Shown: positions 27,131 through 37,810 of the stretch, one piece after another
How positions within the stretch are numbered: position 1 is the stretch's first letter
How the letters are laid out: each line of letters begins with the position of its first letter
Source: Camelus ferus
Taxonomy: Eukaryota
NCBI RefSeq assembly: GCF_009834535.1
Contig: NC_045707.1
Coordinates: 46,812,001-46,876,000, forward strand
Direction: 5' to 3'
Length of the DNA stretch: 64,000 nt
Notes under the pieces: generated by a model
Database searches by the model: none
What the model saw: the letters and a program-made list of their open reading frames with translations, nothing else
What the model was told of the DNA's origin: nothing
Made by a program: the position numbers and the translations under genes

Positions 27131-27626
27131 TGAAAACAGCAAGCTGAGCTCCAAAACAGGACGAAGACAGAAAGACTTCACATTAAAAGCACACAGACTC
27201 CAAGAGAACACCGACAACCCACCCCCCTTTTTTTTTTGTTAAATCTGTTTTTACCTGTTCTATTTTCTATTACTCTCTTAATCTTTACTTCTTAATTCAT
27301 TTCTATTTCTCTTGGGTTTTGATGTCCTGCTATTGATTAGACACAGGTTTCAAATACATCTATTCATCTCCCCCCCCCTTTTTTTGTAAAGGTTTCAAAA
27401 GGACGTCTCAACCCGATTAATACTCTGCTTCAACTCACTCTTCTATTATTCATTATACACTGTTTTCAAACCCTCTTTCTCCCTTCTTTTAAAATGCTTT
27501 CTCTCTCTCTCTTACTGTTTTTTCTTTTTTTCCTAAGTTCTATTCCTAAATAGGCATCAGATAGATAAAATCCTTAAGGACCAAAATAAAGAACTGATAC
27601 TCCATAAACCACAGTGCCAAAGAGGT

Positions 27627-28529
27627 ATGAGCAAGATGAAGAAGCAGAAAAACCTTTCCCAATTAAAAGAACAAGAGAAATCCCCTGAAAGAAAGATCAA
27701 CGAAATAGACATCGATAGCCTACTAGATCAAGATTTCAAAAAAGGAGTGATCGAATTGCTGAAGGAATTAAAAGAGATAGTGTTTAGAGATACAAAATAT
27801 GTCAAAAATGAAATTGAAGCTATAAAGAAGAGCCAAGTAGAATGGGTAAACTCACTGACAGAGATGAGGAATGATCTAATAGCTGTGCAAAGCTGACTAG
27901 ATAATGCAGAGGAACGAATTAGTGATCTAGAAGACAGGGCAATAGAAAGCACCCATTCAGAAGAACTACAAGAGAAGCAAATAAAAAATAATGAAAATAG
28001 CATAAGGGACCTATGGGATAATATAAAGCGTCCCAACCTTCGCATAATAGGGGTCCCAGAAGGAGAAGAAAGATCAAAGGGGATTGAAAAGGTTTTTGAA
28101 GAAATCATGACTGAAAACTTCCCAAACTTAAAGAAGGAATCAGATATCCAAGTACAGGAAGCTCAGAGGGTCCCAAACAGGAAGAACCCAAATAGACCCA
28201 CACCAAGACATATCATAATCAAGATGGCCAGAGTCAAGGATAAAGAAATGATTCTAAAGGCAGCAAGAGAAAAGCAAAGAGTAAGTTACAAGGGAACCCC
28301 CATAAGGCTCTCAGCTGATTTCTCTACACAAACACTACAGGCCAGAAGGGAGTGGCAAGATATATTCAAAGCCCTGAATGAAAAACAGATGCAGCCTAGG
28401 ATCCTTTATCCAGCAAGGCTATCCTTGAGGATAGAAGGAGAAATAAAGAGTTTCACAGACAAAAAAAAGCTGCAGGAGTTTAGCAACACTAAACCCATGC
28501 TAAAAGAAATATTGAAAGGGCTATTCTAA
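27627..28529 (+). pseudogene. L1 ORF1p (RNA-binding chaperone, ~300 aa) with a premature TGA at codon 90 (27894-27896)
   Basis: ORFs 27627-27896 and 28107-28529 share a frame; motifs KRPNLRIIGVPEGEE, RPTPRHIIIKM, AAREKQ, ARREW, YPARLS. Confidence 0.95.
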
Positions 28530-28933
28530 ATAGAAAAGCAGCAGGATGCTACAGAAATGAGAAACACACAACTGGAAAGGTGATAACTCATGGATTACAA
28601 ATACAGTAAACATGAAATTATAAAAGAAGACATACAAATCACTGAGAGTGGGAGAGGGAGGCAGGGAAATATAGAATATTTTTTTCTTTCTTTTTTAAAT
28701 TTTTTTAACAGTAGGATGGGTTTGAGATCATGTTACTATCAGTTTAATAAAAACAGTTATAGTAATGGGTTGACAGATTTACAAAAAAGGGTAACCACAA
28801 GCCAAAAATTTACAAAGGAGTCACAAAAATTAAATAAAATCCATGATAATACAAAGGAAAATTACCAAACCACAAAAGGAAGAAGAAAGGAACAAAGAGG
28901 ATATACCAATTCAACTGCAAAGATAAGTTCAAA

Positions 28934-31900
28934 ATGGCAATAAACACACATCTATCATTAATTACTGTAAATGTTAATGGACTAAATGCTCCAGTCAAAA
29001 GACACAGAGTGGCAGACTGGATAATAAAGCAAGAACCTTCAATATGCTGCATACAAGAGACCCACTTTAGGGAGAAGGACACATATAGATTGAGAGTGAA
29101 AGGATGGAAAAGGATATTCCATGCAAATGGAAAAGCCAAAAAAGCAGGTGTTGCAGTACTGATTTCAGACAAAACAGACTTTAAAACAGAGGCCATAAAG
29201 AAAGATAAAGAAGGACATTTTATAATGATTAAAGGAGTGATACAAGATGAGGATATTACACTCGTTAATATATATGCACCCAATATAGGAGCACCTAAGT
29301 ACATACAAGAATTACTAACAGAGATAAAGGGGGATATTGATGGGAATACAATCATAGTTGGAGATTTTAACACTGCATTAACATCACTAGACAGATCTTC
29401 CAGACAGAAAATAAACAAGGCAACAGAGAAATTAAATACTACAATAGAAAAACTGGATTTGGTGGATATTTTCAGAGCATTACACCCCCCCAAAATGGGA
29501 TATACATTCTTTTCAAGTGCACATGGAACATTTTCCAGGATCGGTCATGTACTTGGGCACAAAAGAAACCTCAACAATTTTAAGAAGATAGAAATTATCT
29601 CAAGCATCTTTACTGACCGCAATGCCATGAAACTGGAAATCGACAACAGAGAAACAAAGGAGAGAAAAAGGAAAGCATGGAGATTAAACAATATGTTATT
29701 GAAAAAACAATGGATCAATGAGGAAATCAAAGCTGAAGTTAAAAAATACCTTGAGACAAATGATAATGAAAGCACAACCACTCAAAACCTATGGGACACA
29801 GCAAAGGCAGTGCTAAGAGGGAAGTTTATAGCGATACAGGCCTTCCTCAAAAAAGAAGAACAATCTCAAATAAACAATTTAACCCACCACCTGAATGAAT
29901 TAGAAAAAGAAGAACAAAAAGCCCCAAAAAGCAGCAGAAGGAAGGAAATGATAAAGATCAGAGAGGAATTAAATACAATAGAGATTAACAAGACCACAGA
30001 AAAAATCAACCAAACCAAAAGCTGGTTTTTTGAAAAAGTAAATAAAATCGACAAACCTCTGGCCAAACTCACAAAGAAGAAAAAAGAGAGAGCACAAATT
30101 AGCAAAATAAGAAAGGAAAATGGAGAAATTACAACAAACAAAATAGAGATACAGAATATCATACGAGAATATTAAGAAAAACTATATGGAACCAAACTGG
30201 ATAACCTAGAGGAGATGGACAAGTTTCTGGAAACATACTGTCCACCAAAACTGAATCAAGAAGAATCTGAACACTTGAACAATCCGATCACTAGAAAGGA
30301 AATAGAAATAGCAATTAAAAACCTCCCTACAAATAAAAGTCCAGGACCGGACAGCTTCACCGGGGAATTCTACCAAACATACAAAGAAGAACTCATACCA
30401 GTCCTTCTTAAACTCTTCCAGACGATTGAAAAGGAGGGAATACTCCCAAACTCATTCTATGAAGCCACCATCACCCTGATACCAAAACCAGGCAAAGACA
30501 CTACAAAAAAGGAGAATTATAGGCCAATATCACTGATGAACATAGACGCCAAAATCCTCACCAAAATTTTAGCAAGTAGAATCCAACAACACATAAAAAA
30601 GATTATACATCATGACCAAGTGGGGTTCATCCCAGGGACACAAGGCTGGTTCAACATACGCAAATCAATCAGTGTAATACATCACATCAACAAGAGAAAG
30701 GACAAAAACCACATGATCATCTCAATCGATGCAGAAAAAGCATTTGATAAAATTCAACACCCATTTATGATAAAAACTCTCGCCAAAGTATAGAGGGTAT
30801 AGAGGGAACATATCTCAACATAATAAAAGCTATATATGACAAACCTACAGCCAGCATAGTACTCAACGGTGAAAAACTCAAAAGCTTCCCACTAAAATCT
30901 GGGACAAGACAAGGATGCCCACTATCACCACTCCTATTCAACATAGTCCTGGAAGTCCTAGCCACAGCAGTCAGGCAAGAGAAAGAAATAAAAGGGATCC
31001 AAATTGGAAAAGAAGAGGTAAAAGTGTCATTATATGCTGACGACATGTTACTATATATAGAAAACCCTAAAAGGTCCACACAAAAGCTACTAGAGCTGAT
31101 TGAAGAATTCAGCAAGGTAGCAGGTTACAAAATTAACGTTCAAAAATCAGTTGCATTTCTTCACACTAACGATAAATCAACAGAAGAAGAAAGTAAAGAA
31201 ACAATCCCCTTTAAAATAGCACCCAAAGTAATAAAATATCTGGGAATAAATCTAACCAAGGAGGTGAAAGAATTATACACAGAAAACTATAAACCATTGA
31301 TGAAGGAAATTAAAGAAGACTTTAAAAAATGGAAAGATATTCCATGCTCTTGGATTGGAAGAATCAATATTGTTAAAATGGTCACACTGCCCAAGGCAAT
31401 CTACAGATTTAATGCAATCCCTATCCAATTACCCAGGACATATTTCACAGAACTAGAAAAAATCATAATAAAATTCATATGGAACCATCAAAGACCTAGA
31501 ATTGCCAAAGCATTACTGAAGAGAAAGAAAGAGGCTGGAGGAATAACTCTCCCAGACTTCAGACAATACTATAGAGCTACAGTCATCAAGACAGCATGGT
31601 ATTGGTACCAAAACAGACATATAGACCAATGGAACAGAATAGAGAGCCCAGAAATGAACCCACAAACTTTTGGTCAACTCATCTTTGACAAAGGAGGCAA
31701 GAATATACGTTGGAATAAAGACAGTCTCTTCAGCAAATGGTGTTGGGAAAACTGGACAGCAGCATGTAAAACAATGAAGCTAGAACACTCCCTTACACCA
31801 TATACAAAAATCAACTCAAAATGGATTAAAGACTTAAACATAAGACAAGATACAATAAACCTCCTAGAGGAAAACATAGGCAAAACATTATCTGACATAC

Positions 31901-32735
31901 ATCTCAAAAATTTTCTCCTAGAAGAAATAAAAACAAGAATAAACAAATGGGACCTAATGAAACTTACAAGCTTCTGCACAGCAAAGGAAACCAGAAGTAA
32001 AACAAGAAGAAAACCTACGGAATGGGAGAAAATTTTTGCAAGTGAAACCGACAAAGGCTTGATCTCCAGAATATATAAGCAGCTCATACGACTCAATAAG
32101 AAAAAAATAAACAACCCAATCCAAAAATGGGCAGAAGACCTAAACAAGCAATTCTCCAAGGAAGACATACAAATGATCAAAAAGCACATGAAAAAATGCT
32201 CAATATCACTAATTATCAGAGAAATGCAAATCAAAACTACAATGAGGTATCACCTCACACCAGTCAGAATGGCCGTCATTCAAAAATCCACAAATGACAA
32301 ATGCTGGAGAGGCTGTGGAGAAAGGGGAACCCTCCTACACTGCTGGTGGGAATGCAGTTTGGTGCAGCCACTATGGAAAACAGTGTGGAGATTCCTCAAA
32401 AGACTAGGAATAGACTTACCATATGACCTAGGAATCCCACTCCTGGGCTTGTATCCAGAAGGAAATCTACCTCAGGATGACACCTGCACCCCAATGTTCA
32501 TAGCAGCACTATTTACAATAGCCAAAACATGGAAACAGCCTAAATGTCCATCAACAGGTGACTGGATAAAGAAGAGGTGGTATATTTATACAATGGAATA
32601 CTACTCAGCCATAAAAACCGACAACATAATGCCATTTGCAGCAACATGGATGCTCCTGAGAATGTCATTCTAAGTGAAGTAAGCCAGAAAGAGAAAGAAA
32701 AATACCATATGAGATCGCTCATATGTGGAATCTAA
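28934..32735 (+). pseudogene. L1 ORF2p (APE endonuclease + reverse transcriptase), disrupted
   Basis: NVNGLN, IQETH, GDFN, NYRPISL, LYADDM, HCWWEC motifs; lesions are TAA at 30173-30175, a +5 nt insertion at ~30790 and a -1 nt deletion at ~32659; correcting them gives 1265 aa ending at TAA 32733-32735. Confidence 0.96.
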
Positions 32736-34577
32736 AAAACAAAAACAAAAACAAACAAACAAAAACAAAGCGTAAATAAAGGACAGAAATAGACTCACAG
32801 ACATAGAATACAGACTTGTGGTTGCCAGGGGGGTGGAGGGTGGGAAGGGATAGACTGGGATTTCAAAATTGTAGAATAGACTACACTGTATAGCACAGGG
32901 AAATATACACAAAATGTTATGATAACTCACAGAGAAGAAAATGTGACAATGAGTGTGTATATGTCCATGAATAACTGAAAAATTGTGCTGAACACTGGAA
33001 TTTGACACAACCTTGTAAAATGATTATAAATTAATAAAAAATGTTAAAATAAAATCCTTTGGGGGTATTTAGCTAAAAGTTTGAAGATAACTGATCTACA
33101 TTTAACTTCCCTCAAGGCAATACTTCTGTTTTGTGAAGCTGAGGTGAAAACGAATTCTCTGGAACTAGCTATACTACATCTAGTAAAACTCCTTCTGGTT
33201 TCAAACACATGGACAGCAACCTTCCGTGACTTCCAGCACTTAAGCAGAATAGTTCTCATTTTACATTTCATTTAGGATGGGACAGACTGACAGATGACTA
33301 TCTTCAGCCACTAACCACTATTTACAAAATAATTTGGCCTCTTTGGCGAATCTGTCAGCAATCCAAAAGCCTCACCTTGATCTCTTACAAACGCTACATG
33401 TCATACACTGGGGTAAAAGCAACCACTATGCTTTACATTCACAGCTTTTCTCAGCAAGAAGAGGCAAGGAGTAGGGGCATGGAGGAGGCAAAGAGAAGCA
33501 GAAGCAGCTCATTCAGTGGGGAGAAGACACCTTATTAGTTTTTAAACCTCCAGGGGAAATGCATTATATTTCAGCAAGGCAATGACTGCAGCTTCAAGAA
33601 CAGTTAGCACGTACAGACAACTGGTATCCAATTCAGAAATGACTTATTGAACTCATCACAGTCCTTAAAACAAATGTAACTTCAATGTATTCTGAGAAGC
33701 CTTAAAAGTAGTAGCTGTTATACTTGGCTAGCTCATCATCTGTAACTACCATTTATTAGTTCTCACCACCTTTGTGCGGCTGGTATTAATAAGCACCTTT
33801 TAGAGTTCCGGGAAGTTAAGGATCAGGGAAGTCAGTGCAAGGTCAAACACCAAGTCCTGAATCTACGAGTCGTTCACTCAGCTTTTGGTCCTATTTATGG
33901 GTTTACGCCCCTCCTCCTCCCAACCCCGCCACCCCCATCCCCTCTGCCTGGTCATGAGGTTTCATTTTCCAACTGCTTTGCTTGGTGTGAATTAGAAGGG
34001 TGACACCCTAGCTGAGAGATGAAGCAGCTAGCCACATTTCAACAGTAGAGGAGGGGTGGTGATTTAGAAGGAAACAAGATCTCAGTTGTGTTGCCTGCCC
34101 CAGGGCCTGACCACAGCATTCAGCAGCTCATCCTGATGAATGCACCATGACTTCAGCAGACATCCAGGGACACATTTCATTATTCTCTGGAGACAAGGGG
34201 AACTTTAGTTCCAGCCAGATCGCACATGGTCTGGATATGTCAATGCTTGCCAGATATCAAGATAAAAATGGAAAAGTTCCCCTCAGATGTCACTGGTCTA
34301 GACCTGGCTATACAATCCCAACATTCAGACAACTAGAATCATATATATGACTGACTAAGTGTTTCCATTTGCCTCTGAATGTCTGATGTCATTTTAACAG
34401 CCTGGATATAGTTCAGCTACTGAGGAACATGCTCATTGACATCAATCTTGTCAAAATTCATTAACTAAGCACCCAAGTTTCCAGAGATAGATACTAGGCA
34501 CTAGGGACCTTTAAAATGTGCCTACTGTACAGACGGGTAAATAGATAGATAAAAATTTAGGTGCTTTTTGTGGTATG

Positions 34578-35089
34578 GTACGTCAATTTTCTATTGCTGC
34601 CATAGCAAATGACCACAAATGTAAAGATTTAAAACAACATTTATTCATACTATGGTTTATTATCTTAGTTATGTAGGTCAGAAGTCCAACATGGATCTCA
34701 CTGAGCTAAACAAGGCATCAGCAAGGCTGTGTTACTTCTTGAAAACACTAGGACGGAATCTGTTCTCCTGCCTTTTCCAGATTCTAGAGGCTGACTGCAT
34801 TCTTTGGCCCATGGCCCCTTCCTCCGTCTTCAAAGACTGCAACAGTGGGTCAAATTCTCACGTCACATCTCTCTGACCCACTCTTTTGCCTCCCTTTTCT
34901 ACTTTTTATTCATGTGATTAGAGTGGATCCATCTAGATAATCCAAGATAATCCCTTCATCTCAAAATCAGTACCCTTCATCACATCACAAAGAGTCCCTT
35001 TTGCCATTTAAGGTAACATATTCCCAGGACCTGGAAATTAAGACGTATACAACTTTGGGGGCAGTCGGGTAACTGTTCTGTCTAGCACA
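34578..35089 (-). mobile_element. MaLR solo LTR (MLT1C/MLT1D-like)
   Basis: TTTTCTATTGCTGCCATAGCAAATGACCACAAA..GGTCAGAAGTCC..AGTCCCTTTTGCCATTTAAGGTAACATATTCCCAGG; ~510 bp. Confidence 0.85.
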
Positions 35090-35956
35090 GATGAGTTTCT
35101 ATTTTGTCCTGTTTATTTTCCATTTCAGCTGGAAGTAACTTGAGAATTCTGCTTCTCAGAATGCCAGGAGAGACAGACCTCCTGAGTTAAGACTTGCTAA
35201 CAGCTTATTGGCGAGGCAAGGCACTTACAGGTTTTTGGATGGTTTTAGATGCTTGATGCCAAAAGGTGGACGTGGAATGGCTTTAAAAAGAGAAACTGTA
35301 TTTGTTAAGGTAGGTGCAAATAAGGAAGATATTTCTTCTCTTGCTCACAAACAGTACTGGGCAGGTGAACAGGTTGGAAAGGTGGGCCTCCTCCCTGCAT
35401 TACAAACGGAACCACCGAGCTTTATGTACCTCCCAACGCGATACATTTGAGAGTATACAGCACCACCTACGAGGTTTCCTTGAACTATTTAGCCTATGTA
35501 TATATTTTTATTTAGCCTATATTTAACCAAGCCTGTGGATCCATCTACTAGTTTACAGGAAATATAGGGAATGGAAGAACATAAATAATAAATCTGGGAA
35601 CAGAGGTTTTGCAGCAGAGGTCAATAAACAGTTACCTCCAAACAGCCTGTACCACACCCCCAGTGCCATATTTATTTACTCTGTGAGCAGATGTAGCACA
35701 TGGATCCCGTCTTTGAATTCACCAGCGTACAGAAATTCGTTAGTAGAAAATGGGGTAACAAGTAGTTGGCTTCTTTTCATTCAACATAAATCTTTTATGT
35801 TATTTATTTTGGAATACACTATTAAGGTGGACAGATCATTTGTCTTTTACAATTTTGCACATTCTGGATTTGGGTGACTTTATTCTTGTGGTGGTGGTGA
35901 ACATTCCATTCCCTATACTTCCCAAGACAGTCTGATGTAGGCTTTTTTGGTGAGTA

Positions 35957-36177
35957 CAGTTGACCATTGAACATGCTGGGTTAGGGGCACCAATTACTGA
36001 GCAGCTGAAGATCTGCATGGAGCTTTACAGATGAGCCCTCTGTAGCCCTGGTTCCATGCCTGCAGGTTCAACCACCCGTGGATGCTGTAACAGCACAGTA
36101 TATATTTGTTGAAAAAAAAAAAACACTGAGTAAGTGGACCTGCACAGTTCAAACTTGTGTTGTTCAAGGGTCAACTG
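35957..36177. mobile_element. Tigger2-derived MITE (TcMar-Tigger), 221 bp
   Basis: 17-bp TIRs CAGTTGACCATTGAACA / TGTTCAAGGGTCAACTG (16/17 match), flanked by TA on both sides. Confidence 0.92.
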
Positions 36178-37229
36178 TAATTCTGATTCACAGATACAAA
36201 CAGATTAAACTGCCTGTGTATTTTTCTCAGTAATCCTGAACAAAACTGTCATTATTTCATATCTTAATTTTGTTCTCATAACCTCAATGACTCAATTTCT
36301 TAAGTAACTTAAGAAACTGAAGATTCATTCTATAAAATGTCTTTCAATGGAAATTTTCCACTGCAAAAGAAAACAGCAGCCCAAACATGCTCACTGATAA
36401 ATGCCATGGTCTTTCTAACTGAAGACTGTGGGTTGTGACTAGCTAGGGAAAGGGAAATGGCAGGGGGAGGGGGACAACTGGGTAATTCCTTTGTGAAAGG
36501 GTAAATAATACTTTAGGAAATATTTTGTTGCGTTTATATTCACATGGATGTGTGTGCTGGGTTTAAACATGAACTGTATTTCAAAAAGCCTGAACATGGC
36601 TGCTTTAGGTGACTGACACTCCCATCATCACCATCACAAACACAACCTCAGCAACTGAAATCAAGAGACAGGAGTCCTTTAGAAGATGATAACAAATAAG
36701 GTTACATTAATCTTTTAGTTAACGTTTAAATAAAAATACCTAGCTCTCATACAACCTTTGGATTCCCTGGGTCCTTAGACCCCAAGTTGAGAAAGAATAA
36801 CATAGTTCAAGTCCTTCATTTCCAGATAAGGAAAGCAAAACACAGGCAGGTGGGAATACATGCCTCTTCTATGTCTCTTGTCCTGTCCCCATATCTTCTC
36901 TCAGAACTCTGTTCCTGGGGTCCCACAGGCTGGAAGAGGGCTGGACTTCTACGGCTACAGAGCCAGATTACAAGACCTCAGGTGGGCTGCTGGCTGCACT
37001 CCCAGGGCCACAGAGAGAATTCCTTAGCACTCCTTGGCCTACTTTGCTAAAATTCACCTGTCCTCACTGCCTCAGAGTTAAGTAGGGGAAAGGCTTGCAA
37101 AAGGAGTCCACCCCATGATTCAGTTTAGCTCTTTAGTAATATTACAGTAATAGCAACAGTTGTGACCTGGCAGATCGCATATGTTTGGGATCTGAGATGT
37201 CACAGTCTCTTCCAACCTTATAGAGAAAG

Positions 37230-37430
37230 AATAATGGTTAAGAGTCCAGCCTGTGCAGTTCAGATCCTGACTGCCACCTACTTGCTGTGTGACTTTGAGC
37301 AGGTCATTTGACCTCTGTGTCTCAGTTTCTTCCCCTATAAAATGGGGAAGGATTCTAATAATTGTGTCTCATAGGGTAGTTATAAGGAACGAATGAGTGA
37401 CTATATGTAATACAGTGAAGACATAGCTGC
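37230..37430 (+). mobile_element. MIR SINE
   Basis: CTGCCACCTACTTGCTGTGTGACTTTGAGCAGGTCATTTGACCTCTGTGTCTCAGTTTCTTCCCCTATAAAATGGGG. Confidence 0.85.
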
Positions 37431-37549
37431 TCTTTCGCTCCATCAATCTTATTTCTCACTATGCCTCTTCACTTGCCCTTCATTCCAGGGACAAAACAAA
37501 AAATAAAAACACTTCTGCTTCTAGCATACCTTTACTCATGTCACCTAAA

Positions 37550-37810
37550 ACATTCATTCATCAAATACTTGTGTGGAGCCAGCAAAACACAGACAAGATA
37601 CGGTTTCCTGCCTTCAAGATAGGTATAACCTGCCAGGAAACAAAGAAAAATACATGCAACCAATTACAAAGACTGTGCCAAGTGTAGAAACTGAGAAATG
37701 TCAAAGTGCTACACAACCAGGGAGGAGAAAGCAACTGAGCTGACCAGGAGGAGTCTCAGGAAGGCTTAAGGAGAGGGGTGAGCAAGGTGATGCTTCAACT
37801 GAGGCTTATG
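37550..37810 (-). mobile_element. L2 3' fragment
   Basis: CATTCATTCATCAAATACTTG..CCTGCCTTCAAG, antisense L2 tail. Confidence 0.6.

Larger units (their letters stand above)
25948..33057 (+). mobile_element. Full-length young LINE-1 (~7.1 kb), inactivated; probably a camelid L1 family
   Basis: CpG-rich 5'UTR, ORF1, 404-bp spacer, ORF2 (EN, RT YADD, Cys-rich C-terminus), 3'UTR with G-rich tract and AATAAA, flanking TSD. Confidence 0.97.

Noticed and set aside
26296..27217. Several 80-143 aa ORFs on both strands of the L1 5'UTR, including an antisense ATG ORF at 27003-26614 (ORF0 analogue?)
   Set aside because: GC-rich sequence is poor in stop codons, so overlapping ORFs in many frames are expected; weak start context and no recognisable domain
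27728..33008. Antisense ORFs over L1 (126, 227, 186, 112 aa etc., mirrored at 62225-63563)
   Set aside because: Known shadow ORFs of the A-rich L1 coding strand
36296..36316. Perfect 10-bp-arm palindrome TTTCTTAAGT-A-ACTTAAGAAA
   Set aside because: One such AT-rich palindrome in 64 kb is plausible by chance; no element context
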